In this document: piece after piece, positions 17,822 through 26,321 of the stretch | How the letters are laid out: each line of letters begins with the position of its first letter | How positions within the stretch are numbered: position 1 is the stretch's first letter | Assembly: GCA_964584265.1 (NCBI GenBank) | Contig: CAZOZI010000001.1 | Location: 75,691 to 139,690, forward strand | Length of the DNA: 64,000 nt | Source: an uncultured Candidatus Saccharibacteria bacterium | GTDB lineage: Bacteria > Patescibacteriota > Saccharimonadia > Saccharimonadales > CAYVSP01 | Direction: 5' to 3' | Notes under the pieces: generated by a model | The model's input: the letters and a program-made list of their open reading frames with translations, nothing else | Database searches by the model: none | Told to the model about the DNA's origin: nothing | Translations under genes and position numbers: made by a program

Positions 17822-18931
17822 ATGAACATGCCAGCACCAGATAGCACTTTAGCATTAGCCAATTCGACACTTGAACATGAACGCTTAACTAGTCTTATAA
17901 ACAGCATGGCCGACGGGGTCATAGCTACGGATGAGTATGGCAAGGTGGTTCTTTATAACGGTGCTGCGCTCAACATTCTCAACCTCAATAGCTCAATGAC
18001 AAGACAACCATTGGCAAATGTTCTTAAAGTGGTTGATAAGAATAAACAATTGGTTGATGTTAATAAACTAATCCAGGGCACTAAAACTGCTATGAGCAAC
18101 CGCGAGTGGCGGCTCATGTATAACGACGGTAGCATGATTAACCTGTATCTGAGTATTGCGCCAGTTCATTTGGGCTTTGGTAAAGGCGGCGAAAAAGGCT
18201 ACGTAGTGCTAATAAGGGACATTACAAGGGAAAAATCTCTTGAAGAAGAGCGCGATGAGTTTATTAGTGTGGTAAGTCACGAACTCCGAACACCAATCGC
18301 CATTGCCGAGGGTAATATTAGTAACGCCCAATTCATTGTTGAGAAGAGCGGAGACACCAATTCCATAAAGACTGCGCTGAAACAAGCACACGACCAGGTT
18401 ACTTTTTTAAGTGGCCTTATCAACGATCTAGCCACACTGTCACGAGCGGAGCGCGGACGACTGACAGTCGAGATTGAGCAAATTAACGTGCATGAATTAC
18501 TTAATGAGCTTGTTAAGGTCTACCAGCCTCAAGCTGAACAAAAACACCTTATTCTGCAAACCGAAATTGATCCTACTCTGCAACTATTATCGTCCAGCCG
18601 TTTGTACGTGCGCGAAATACTACAGAATTTCATAACCAATGCACTTAAATATACGGTTTCCGGCAATATCACCGTTGGTTCTCGACAAGCAACCAATGGT
18701 GCAGAACTATATGTGCGCGACACAGGTATAGGCATTAGTAAAGGTGACCAACAGAAGGTTTTTGATAAGTTTTTTAGGAGTGAAGATTACCGTACACGGC
18801 AAACAAATGGTACGGGGCTTGGTCTATATGTAACTATGAAGTTGGCGCGCTTATTGCACTCCGAAATAAAATTGGAAAGCGAGCTAGACAATGGCTCAAC
18901 TTTCACAATAGTCGTTCCTAGCCTCAAATAA
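17822..18931 (+). CDS. Soluble PAS-domain sensor histidine kinase
   Basis: H-box SHELRTPIA. N/G boxes NALKYT, DTGIGI, GTGLGL. PAS-like N-terminus. No TM segment. ATG at 17822 preferred over the TTG at 17804. Confidence 0.85.
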   Translation: MNMPAPDSTLALANSTLEHERLTSLINSMADGVIATDEYGKVVLYNGAALNILNLNSSMTRQPLANVLKVVDKNKQLVDVNKLIQGTKTAMSNREWRLMYNDGSMINLYLSIAPVHLGFGKGGEKGYVVLIRDITREKSLEEERDEFISVVSHELRTPIAIAEGNISNAQFIVEKSGDTNSIKTALKQAHDQVTFLSGLINDLATLSRAERGRLTVEIEQINVHELLNELVKVYQPQAEQKHLILQTEIDPTLQLLSSSRLYVREILQNFITNALKYTVSGNITVGSRQATNGAELYVRDTGIGISKGDQQKVFDKFFRSEDYRTRQTNGTGLGLYVTMKLARLLHSEIKLESELDNGSTFTIVVPSLK

Positions 18932-18985
18932 GCCACTAACTATTTGACTATTATCTTATTATTATAGTAGTATTGACTTGTTGAG

Positions 18986-19009
18986 ACCTATCATTATGAT
19001 AGGTTTTTT
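18986..19009 (+). terminator. Rho-independent terminator
   Basis: ACCTATCAT-T-ATGATAGGT perfect 9-bp hairpin followed by TTTTT. Located between the histidine kinase gene and secE. Confidence 0.6.
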
Positions 19010-19032
19010 AATTTATTAAGGAGTAAGTACAA

Positions 19033-19431
19033 GTGGCAGAAGCCAAGAAACGCCAGCTTAAGCGTAGTGAAACTGTGCGTGAGCGCAGCCAAAAAGTGCA
19101 AAGTAAACCTGATAAATCCCGTCGCCTGCACGCCACAACTAAGAAAATTTCGCGACCTTTTAAAACGGCAGCGCACGTTGGCCGCAAGGAATATTACTTG
19201 CCCATTCCAGAAAACCGCGTAGGCCGTTTCCTTAACAAGCGTCGGCACTTTATCCCCTTATACTTTCGACAAAGTTGGCGAGAGCTGAGACAAGTAACGT
19301 GGCCTGGTCGCAAAGAGACATGGAAGCTAACTTTGGCTGTTATTTCATTTGCAATTATATTTGGCGTATTGGTAGCAATTGTCGATTTTGGGCTAGATAA
19401 ACTGTTTAGAAAGGTAATTCTCAAGATATGA
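19033..19431 (+). CDS. secE: Preprotein translocase subunit SecE with basic N-terminal extension
   Basis: 132 aa, GTG start. C-terminal WRELRQVTWPGRKETWKLTLAVISFAIIFGVLVAIVDFGLD is the SecE TM signature. Immediately precedes nusG. Confidence 0.85.
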   Translation: MAEAKKRQLKRSETVRERSQKVQSKPDKSRRLHATTKKISRPFKTAAHVGRKEYYLPIPENRVGRFLNKRRHFIPLYFRQSWRELRQVTWPGRKETWKLTLAVISFAIIFGVLVAIVDFGLDKLFRKVILKI

Positions 19432-19970
19432 ACAAACGATATGATACCTCCAAGCAATGGTATGCCATTCATACCTATAGTGGCTATGAAGAAAAAGTAG
19501 CTGAAAGTATTCGCCAGCGCGCTGACAGTTTGGATATGAAGGATAAAATCTTTCAAGTGCTTGTTCCTAAGGAAAAAATGATTGAAGTCAAAAACGGCAA
19601 ACGCAAGGTAGTAGAAAAACGAATTTTTCAAGGATATGTACTGGTGCAGATGAAGCTTAGCGAAGATGCCTGGTACATTGTGCGTAACACGCCATCGGTA
19701 ACCGGTTTTGTGGGCAGTGGCACCGAGCCAACACCCATTGACGCTGAAGAAATTGAAAAAATTATGAAGCGAATGGGTCGCGCTGAACCGAAGCACAAGA
19801 TTGACTACAAAATTGGCGACGTCGTTAACATTACTGACGGTCCATTTAAAGGCTTTGATGGCAGCATCAACGAGGTTGACGCCACTAAAGGCAAACTAAA
19901 AGTGTTGGTTAACATGTTTGGCCGCGAAACGCCGGTTGAGCTAGACAGCTTACAAGTAAAGAGAGTTTAA
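19428..19970 (+). CDS. nusG: Transcription termination/antitermination factor NusG
   Basis: 180 aa. NGN domain WYAIHTYSGYEEKV and KOW motif GDVVNITDGPFKGFDGSINEV. ATGA overlap with secE. Confidence 0.95.
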   Translation: MNKRYDTSKQWYAIHTYSGYEEKVAESIRQRADSLDMKDKIFQVLVPKEKMIEVKNGKRKVVEKRIFQGYVLVQMKLSEDAWYIVRNTPSVTGFVGSGTEPTPIDAEEIEKIMKRMGRAEPKHKIDYKIGDVVNITDGPFKGFDGSINEVDATKGKLKVLVNMFGRETPVELDSLQVKRV

Positions 19971-19978
19971 AATTAATC

Positions 19979-20263
19979 ATGCGATTCTACAATCTACTCG
20001 AGCTTGCACCTTCTAACAGTAACGGCTGGGCTGAAGTTTACAGAGCATTGGAGTCTATTAATGCAGGCCACATTACTGTGTGGGATGTAACTGCCGGTGA
20101 GACCTTAGGTGTGTTAGCGCTTAAGACAGGAGCGATTATGGCCACAGTAGTTGTAGAAAGAGATGGTATAAGTCTAGAAAGTGGCGGCCGGTTATGGAAA
20201 CCCACTCTACCGCTCGTGGATATTGCACCGCTGAAGTTTCTAGACAACAGGGGTAAGGTGTAG
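19979..20263 (+). CDS. Hypothetical protein (94 aa) inserted between nusG and rplK
   Basis: The ORF starts 8 nt after the nusG stop, on the same strand. No recognisable motif. Confidence 0.45.
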   Translation: MRFYNLLELAPSNSNGWAEVYRALESINAGHITVWDVTAGETLGVLALKTGAIMATVVVERDGISLESGGRLWKPTLPLVDIAPLKFLDNRGKV

Positions 20264-20303
20264 TACAATTTACTAGTTACGCACTCCTAAAGGAGTTCTT
20301 TTT

Positions 20304-20735
20304 ATGGCAGAAAAAGTAGTTAAAGCAAATTTGAAGATGAAAATCCGTGGTGGTCAAGCCAATGCAGCACCGCCGGTTGGTAGTACCCTTGGCCAATACG
20401 GTGTGAATATGATGGATTTTATTAATCCATTTAATGAGCAGACGAAAGATCGTATGGGTCAGGAAGTTACAGTGCATATAAGCATTTACGATGACCGCAG
20501 CATGACCTGGCGTGTGGTTGGCACACCAACAGATGACTTGATCCGTAAAGCACTTGGCATAGACAAAGGTTCGGGACGACCCAATACTGAGAAATTAGAT
20601 AAAAAGCTCAGTAAAAGCCAGTTACGTGAAATTGCCGAAGCCAAAGCAGTTGACTCTAACACTGATAATGTTGAAGCTGTTATGAAGCAAGTAGCTGGCA
20701 CTGCTCGCAGTATGGGTATAGAGGTAGAGGGATAA
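20304..20735 (+). CDS. rplK: 50S ribosomal protein L11
   Basis: 143 aa. GGQANAAPPVGSTLGQYGVNMMDFINPFN is the L11 N-domain signature. Confidence 0.95.
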   Translation: MAEKVVKANLKMKIRGGQANAAPPVGSTLGQYGVNMMDFINPFNEQTKDRMGQEVTVHISIYDDRSMTWRVVGTPTDDLIRKALGIDKGSGRPNTEKLDKKLSKSQLREIAEAKAVDSNTDNVEAVMKQVAGTARSMGIEVEG

Positions 20736-21011
20736 GTGAGAATCGCAGATATGCCAAACGAACCTAGATTTGAGAGATCAATAGACGGCCATCACACGCA
20801 ACCGGCTAGTACTTTAAGTAGGCCAGAGCGCATTCGGCGCTACTTAACACAAGAAGAAACGAGATGGAATGCACCTTTTGGTGCAGTGATAGCGAGTGTT
20901 GTTGTGTTGATGATTATAGAGAAAACTGGAGTTGATGGTATTGCAAATACTGCTGCGCAAGTCCTTGATTCTACGTTGTCAAAAATAACCGAACTTGATA
21001 GAAGAGAATAA
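20736..21011 (+). CDS. Hypothetical small membrane protein (91 aa) between rplK and rplA
   Basis: The GTG start abuts the rplK TAA. One hydrophobic segment, FGAVIASVVVLMII. No homology recognised. Confidence 0.4.
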   Translation: MRIADMPNEPRFERSIDGHHTQPASTLSRPERIRRYLTQEETRWNAPFGAVIASVVVLMIIEKTGVDGIANTAAQVLDSTLSKITELDRRE

Positions 21012-21077
21012 GTTTAACTTGTGGGACCCGACGCTGTCAGCATGACAGCCGGGGTTTGCACCACAAAGGAGATAGTT

Positions 21078-22097
21078 ATGGCAGAAGCCAAGAAGACGAC
21101 CGCAAAAATTAAGACTAAAAAAGTCGCTAAAAATATTAAGACGAAAGGAAAAGAGATAAAAGATGGGACTATTCAAATCGATGATAAAGCTAAGGTTCAA
21201 GCAAGTAGCCAAGACGAAGAAGTAAAAACTACAGCCAAACCTAAAGTAACAACCACCAAGCAGCCAACCGCAAAAGCTGGTAAACGAAGTACTAAAGCTG
21301 TAAAAGAAGTCGAGGAAAAACGAGCTAAAGAAGAACGTAAAACGCATGCAAAAGAGGAAGAAGTTGCACACAAACCAAAACATCCTGAAAAACCACCACG
21401 CTCTAAGTTAGAGCGCAGAAGCAAAAAATACCGCGAAGCCGCAAAACAAATTGAGGCCGACAAAGACTACACGCTGGAAGACGCGTTAGCCTTAGCCGTT
21501 AAAACAAGCCCAACTAAGTTTGACGCTACTGTAGAGTTACATATAAACCTCGCAGTTGACCCGAAACAGGCAGATCAAAATGTGCGTGGCACCGTAGTTC
21601 TGCCCGCGGGTACCGGTAAAGCCAGCCGGGTAGCTGTTGTTGCAGAAGCTGATGACGCGAAGAAAGCCAAAACAGCTGGTGCCGATGTAGTTGGTAGCGA
21701 TGATATACTAGCCCAGCTTGATAAAGAGAAGCTGGACTTTGATGTGCTTATTGCCACGCCAGCAATGATGGCTCGCCTCGGCAAGTATGCTCGCGTACTT
21801 GGGCCAAAAGGCCTTATGCCCAATCCTAAAAGCGGCACAGTGACAAACGACGTCGTTAAAGCCGTTACAGAAGCCAAGGCCGGTAGAGTTGAGTATAGAG
21901 TAGATACCGCCGGCATCGTTCATGTCGGCATTGGTAAGGTTAGCTTTGGAGCTGCCAAATTGAACCAAAACGCACAAGCCATTTTCACCAACCTAAAAAC
22001 TCATAAGCCAGCCTCTGTTAAGGGCGCGCTCATCATGCGCGCTTATGTAACGACAAGCATGGGCCCAAGCATTTCGTTGACCCTGAGCAGCGTGTAG
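21078..22097 (+). CDS. rplA: 50S ribosomal protein L1 with ~110-aa Lys/Glu-rich N-terminal extension
   Basis: ATG at 21078 with AAGGAG at 21066-21071. The L1 core runs from about aa 112 (RRSKKYREAAKQIEADKDYTLEDAL ... VRGTVVLPAGTGK ... MPNPKSGTV). 339 aa total against about 230 typical. Confidence 0.9.
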   Translation: MAEAKKTTAKIKTKKVAKNIKTKGKEIKDGTIQIDDKAKVQASSQDEEVKTTAKPKVTTTKQPTAKAGKRSTKAVKEVEEKRAKEERKTHAKEEEVAHKPKHPEKPPRSKLERRSKKYREAAKQIEADKDYTLEDALALAVKTSPTKFDATVELHINLAVDPKQADQNVRGTVVLPAGTGKASRVAVVAEADDAKKAKTAGADVVGSDDILAQLDKEKLDFDVLIATPAMMARLGKYARVLGPKGLMPNPKSGTVTNDVVKAVTEAKAGRVEYRVDTAGIVHVGIGKVSFGAAKLNQNAQAIFTNLKTHKPASVKGALIMRAYVTTSMGPSISLTLSSV

Positions 22098-22107
22098 AAT
22101 AACTCTA

Positions 22108-22740
22108 ATGAACCGAACAAAAGGCCACGTTATAGCAATTGATGGGCCAGACGGTGTTGGTAAAACGACACAAGTCAGTCTACTAGCTGAATATCTTAGG
22201 CAAAAGGGACGAATTGTCCACACTACCCGGCACTCTGGTGGAACTTTGATTGGCGAAGGGCTTCGTAAAGTATCATTGTCTGACGTACCAAGGCCAACTG
22301 AAACAGATCTCTATATTTCATTGGCCATGGGCGTAGCCTTGGCTGAGGACGTGAATAAACGAAGAGAAATGGGCGAGATAATCATTATCGACCGCAGCCC
22401 ATTGGCAATCATCGCTTATCAAGGCTATGGTGGCCAGCTAGAAGACAAACAAAAGACCTTTGAGGCCGCCGAGATGCTTCTTAAAGCTTACAAATTGGAT
22501 AAGCTGATATTTTTGAACGCGCCGCAGTCTGTTTTAAATCAGCGGCGTCACTCACGGGGTACCAGTGATTATTTTGAACAAAAGAATATTGCCTATCACG
22601 AACGCGTTAGGAGAGGTTATGATGCTGGGCTGGCATTCTTAAAAAAGCACTCAGAAATTGGGCTGGAGGTAGCAACTATCGACGCTTCTCCAGACATCGC
22701 GAACATTCATGAACAGATTCTTCACTCAATAGAACTGTAA
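22108..22740 (+). CDS. tmk: Thymidylate kinase
   Basis: 210 aa. P-loop IAIDGPDGVGKTTQVSLLAEYL and the IIIDRSPLAIIAYQGYGG region are typical of dTMP kinase. Confidence 0.9.
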   Translation: MNRTKGHVIAIDGPDGVGKTTQVSLLAEYLRQKGRIVHTTRHSGGTLIGEGLRKVSLSDVPRPTETDLYISLAMGVALAEDVNKRREMGEIIIIDRSPLAIIAYQGYGGQLEDKQKTFEAAEMLLKAYKLDKLIFLNAPQSVLNQRRHSRGTSDYFEQKNIAYHERVRRGYDAGLAFLKKHSEIGLEVATIDASPDIANIHEQILHSIEL

Positions 22741-22809
22741 ATTTTCACCACTTAAACTTGTGCTACTGTCAAACACTTTCGTACAATATATAAAACGAAT
22801 GGGGGAGCA

Positions 22810-23520
22810 GTGTCCGTTTACAGTAATATACAGATAAAACAGGCTATAAAAGAAGGCCATATTGTATTTTACCCGTATGTCGCCAAGCATATTGCCGGTA
22901 GCAGCGTAGATGTTACGCTGGGCGATTGGTTTTACCGGACAGAGAGGCCAAGTGAAGGCGGGTTTTACAACCCCTTTGATGAATCGGCCGTCAAGCAATA
23001 CTTTGGGGGTGGTCCATACCAGGCCGAGATCCACAAGGAATGGGCAGCGAAACATGGCCGCAAGTTATTTAAAAACATTCCGCCATCCCAGCGCATTATC
23101 GTAATGCGCCCTGGAGAGCGTGTACTGGCCCACACACACGAGTTTATTGGCATCAAAGCACCAGGTACGAGCACTATGCAGGCTCGTAGCACCTGGGGCC
23201 GCAACGGCGTATCAGTCTGTTTGGATGCTGGTTGGGGTGACCCGGGCTACATAAATCGTTGGACTATGGAGATCTACAATTTGAACCAACATGAAAGTGT
23301 AGTTCTGCCAGTCGGTGAGCGCATTGCCCAACTGGTTTTTTATGAAACCGGGCCTGTTGCCGATGAGTACAAAAAGCTGAGCGGCAAGTACCAGGCTACC
23401 GATAGCCAAGACCTGAAGAAATTGATTGCCAGCTGGTCGCCTGAGCAAATGCTACCCAGGGCTTACAAAGACAAGCGCCGTAAGCCAATAATCATAAAAG
23501 GGCTTAAAAGAGGCTTATGA
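22810..23520 (+). CDS. dcd: dCTP deaminase / dUTPase-superfamily protein
   Basis: 236 aa, GTG start with GGGGGAG SD. N-terminus IKQAIKEGHIVFYPY...GSSVDVTLG is typical of Dcd. Whether it is bifunctional (dUMP-forming) cannot be judged here. Confidence 0.8.
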   Translation: MSVYSNIQIKQAIKEGHIVFYPYVAKHIAGSSVDVTLGDWFYRTERPSEGGFYNPFDESAVKQYFGGGPYQAEIHKEWAAKHGRKLFKNIPPSQRIIVMRPGERVLAHTHEFIGIKAPGTSTMQARSTWGRNGVSVCLDAGWGDPGYINRWTMEIYNLNQHESVVLPVGERIAQLVFYETGPVADEYKKLSGKYQATDSQDLKKLIASWSPEQMLPRAYKDKRRKPIIIKGLKRGL

Positions 23521-25889
23521 AGATAAAACACTACGAAACTAGTGAGCCAGTGCTGGAAACACCGACTAAGCAAGGTGTTTTTATCGCCCTTGAAGGCACT
23601 GACGGTTCGGGCAAGGGGACACAATTCAAGCTTTTAACCGAAAAACTGCAGTCCGAAGGTTATGAGGTCGCTGCCTTTGACTTTCCTCAGTATGATCAAG
23701 CTTCAAGCTTTTTTGTAAAAGAATACTTAAATGCCAAATATGGCACCTCTGATGAAGTTGGACCTTACACTGCTTCGCTGTTCTTTGCCCTAGACCGCTA
23801 TCAAGCTGCACCAGCCATTCGCCGTGCACTTGATGAAGGCAAGGTTGTGCTTACAAATCGCTATACAGGCTCAAACATGGCTCACCAAGGCACTAAGTTC
23901 GATCATCCAGAAGAACGGCGTGGTTTCTTTATATGGTTGGATAATCTTGAATTTCAAATGTTGCACATACCAAGGCCTGACAAGAGTTTTATCCTGCGAG
24001 TACCTGCAGATATTGCGCAAAGATTGGTGGATAAGAAAGAAGCAAGAAACTATACGGACAAGAAGCGTGATATACACGAAGCAGACCTTAAGCACCTAAA
24101 ACTGTCTGTTGAGGTATACAACGCATTGTCAGAACTATTTCCAAGGGATTTCTTTGAAATTGATTGTGTAAGCAATGACGAACTTCTGAGCATAGAAGAG
24201 GTACAAAATAAGTTATGGCAAACTATTAAGCCGTTATTGCCGTCAAAACCTAATAAACAGAGCACAAAGGCTGAAAAAACCGCCATAATCACCAATCCGT
24301 ATGTAACACGCACGGATAAAGGCTGGGAAATAACAAGCGAAGGCCGACAGTTCTTAGATGGCATCGTCACTGACTCGACCGGGGATGTCTACGCTTTTAA
24401 TGAAAAGCTAGGAACAATGACTATTGCTGCAGCGATGGCTCGATTAAGTCGCCGTGGTGATGATATGCGTATAACCATTCTGGACGAGTTTGCCACAACG
24501 GCAGGTAAGGACGAAAAGCTCCTGCAACGCGTTATTACGGCGTACGGTGATGATTCTGTGCAGCAATTGGCCGGACAGCACATTGTAGTAGAAGGCGCCT
24601 CTAACTTACTAACCAAAAAGTTGGAGTGGGGTCGGCTGGCCGCCTATCTAGAGCAATCAACCCGTTATATCTACTTTGATCAAAAAGATAATAACGGCAA
24701 CTACCGCTACTTTACGCCACCACAGTTAAATGCACAGACCAAAAAACAATACTGCCAAACCATGGATCAGATATTTGATCTCTACTCCAAGATGGTCCGG
24801 GATCTTTCGAAGTATATTCGTGATAGTTCATCAGTTCCATTGGAGGAGCGCGACGGCGCTTGGCAAGGGGCTACGCGCGCGCAGGCCTGTGACGCGATTC
24901 GACCTGTTTTGCCCGTAGCCACCAAGGCTACAGTGGGCATTTATGGTTCGGGACAAGCCATAGAAAGCCTTATTATGCACTTGTTAAGTGATGAGCTGCC
25001 AGAAGCACAAGAAACTGGTCAAAAAATGCTTACAGAAGCTCGTAAGGTCATCGGTACGTTCTTGGAGCGAGCTGACAAGCCTGATCGCGGTGGTGCCACA
25101 ATTGCCTATTTTGCGAATACACGTCACAGCGTCAAAAAATTGGCCAAAGACTACTTACCTGATGCGCACAGTAGCGAGGCAACTGCAGTAAAGCTTACTA
25201 GCGTATGGCCGCGTAACGAACTTGAGCTTGTGCCAGACATGCTCTATGAGCACAGCAATTTATCACTAGAAGAGATACAAGAACAGGTCGAAAACTGGCC
25301 ATACGACAAGAAAATGGCCGTGTTTCAGGCCTATATGGGTGAACGGCTCAACCGTCGCCACAAGCCGGGCCGAGCACTGGAAAAAGCTCATTATAGCTGG
25401 GACTTACTTTGTGATTACGGCATTTTTCGCGATCTGCACCGGCACCGCATGGTCGATGACCTTGAGTGGCAACTACTCACACCACGCTATGGCTATGAAA
25501 TACCACAGCTGGCCGATGAAGCCGGTCTAAGCGAACTCTTTGAAGAGTGTTTTGACCTGAGCCTGAAGCTCTATAGCCAGCTGCAAGCTGGCGGTTATGA
25601 ACTTGAAGCCCAATATGCGACTCTGCTTGGCCACAGAATGCGCTGGAAGGTTACCTATAATGCTCGTGAAGCCTTCCATCTACACGAACTTAGAACAAGT
25701 CCGCAGGGCCACCCGGGATACCGCAAACTTGTCCAGCAAATGCACGAAAAGGTTGCTGAGGTGCATCCTATGCTGGCAGATGCCATGATTTTCGTGAATA
25801 AAGGGGAGGACCCGGAGTTAACGCGTTTAGCTGCTGAGCGTTACACTCAATTTAAACTGCAGCAAATCGACGACAAAGGCAACAACTAA
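23517..25889 (+). CDS. Fusion protein: N-terminal thymidylate kinase + long C-terminal ThyX-like (flavin-dependent thymidylate synthase) region
   Basis: 790 aa. Residues ~20-230 form a Tmk module (IALEGTDGSGKGTQFKLL ... TNRYTGSNMAHQG). The C-terminal ~550 aa carries ThyX-like signatures (AAAMARLSRRGDDMR; YGIFRDLHRHRMVD). ATGA overlap with dcd. Confidence 0.75.
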   Translation: MKIKHYETSEPVLETPTKQGVFIALEGTDGSGKGTQFKLLTEKLQSEGYEVAAFDFPQYDQASSFFVKEYLNAKYGTSDEVGPYTASLFFALDRYQAAPAIRRALDEGKVVLTNRYTGSNMAHQGTKFDHPEERRGFFIWLDNLEFQMLHIPRPDKSFILRVPADIAQRLVDKKEARNYTDKKRDIHEADLKHLKLSVEVYNALSELFPRDFFEIDCVSNDELLSIEEVQNKLWQTIKPLLPSKPNKQSTKAEKTAIITNPYVTRTDKGWEITSEGRQFLDGIVTDSTGDVYAFNEKLGTMTIAAAMARLSRRGDDMRITILDEFATTAGKDEKLLQRVITAYGDDSVQQLAGQHIVVEGASNLLTKKLEWGRLAAYLEQSTRYIYFDQKDNNGNYRYFTPPQLNAQTKKQYCQTMDQIFDLYSKMVRDLSKYIRDSSSVPLEERDGAWQGATRAQACDAIRPVLPVATKATVGIYGSGQAIESLIMHLLSDELPEAQETGQKMLTEARKVIGTFLERADKPDRGGATIAYFANTRHSVKKLAKDYLPDAHSSEATAVKLTSVWPRNELELVPDMLYEHSNLSLEEIQEQVENWPYDKKMAVFQAYMGERLNRRHKPGRALEKAHYSWDLLCDYGIFRDLHRHRMVDDLEWQLLTPRYGYEIPQLADEAGLSELFEECFDLSLKLYSQLQAGGYELEAQYATLLGHRMRWKVTYNAREAFHLHELRTSPQGHPGYRKLVQQMHEKVAEVHPMLADAMIFVNKGEDPELTRLAAERYTQFKLQQIDDKGNN

Positions 25890-26143
25890 ATATCTTCTCG
25901 TGGCCTTACTCTTGCAATAACTGTATCTTCGCTGCGCCCAAAGGGGCTTACTTCAACTGTAACAAAATGGAGCAATGGGCCAAGCTGTGTTTGAAGCGAG
26001 ACAATTTCTGGAACAACGTCAGTAATATAGCCATGCGCAATAATCATATCGCCGTCAGCTTTTCGTATTTGTCCGAGTAGCGCTGCAGAATTCATATGCT
26101 GTTGTTCGTCGCCACCATGTAGCGTGTCTGGTGATATAGCCAT
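25886..26143 (-). CDS. Hypothetical protein (85 aa)
   Basis: ATG at 26143 preceded by GAGGAAG (26152-26146). The 3' end overlaps the thyX-fusion stop by 4 nt (convergent). No homology recognised. Confidence 0.5.
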   Translation of the reverse strand: MAISPDTLHGGDEQQHMNSAALLGQIRKADGDMIIAHGYITDVVPEIVSLQTQLGPLLHFVTVEVSPFGRSEDTVIARVRPREDI

Positions 26144-26157
26144 TACTTCCTCTTGAC

Positions 26158-26190
26158 TTAAAAAACCGGCTCTTTTGGTTGGAGCCGGTT
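26158..26190 (-). terminator. Rho-independent terminator/attenuator inside the 5' leader of the 85-aa ORF
   Basis: Minus strand AACCGGCUC-CAACCAAAA-GAGCCGGUU followed by U7. It lies only about 5 nt upstream of the SD of the ORF starting at 26143. Confidence 0.65.
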
Positions 26191-26320
26191 TTGTTTATGT
26201 TGCTTTTGACTTGTGCTAACACGGGCTCCAATCTATTTTGCGGCAATAAATACCATGCCGTAAGTGCGGCAGATAGTATGCTTGGCAATAAGATTGGATA
26301 GTTGTGTTATCACGAAAACT
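26191..26320 (-). promoter_or_regulatory. Structured leader (long imperfect hairpin plus antiterminator segment), riboswitch/attenuator-like
   Basis: P1 is CCAAUCU (26297-26291) / AGAUUGG (26234-26228), closing helices UUGC/GCAA, AUACUA/UGGUAU and UGCCG/CGGCA. UUGGAGCC (26231-26224) is complementary to GGCUCCAA (26186-26179) in the terminator. Confidence 0.45.
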
Positions 26321-26321
26321 A

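Noticed and set aside
19194-19796. A 200-aa minus-strand ORF overlapping secE and nusG. Similar long antisense ORFs occur at 7418-7927, 2599-3015, 13957-14382, 5675-6076 and 56005-56481.
   Set aside because: They lie antisense to strongly conserved genes, lack SD sequences and have odd composition. They are shadow ORFs.
20979-21383. A 134-aa Phe-rich minus-strand ORF.
   Set aside because: It is the reverse complement of the AAA/GAA-rich L1 N-terminal extension, so Lys codons read as Phe. It is an artefact of low complexity.
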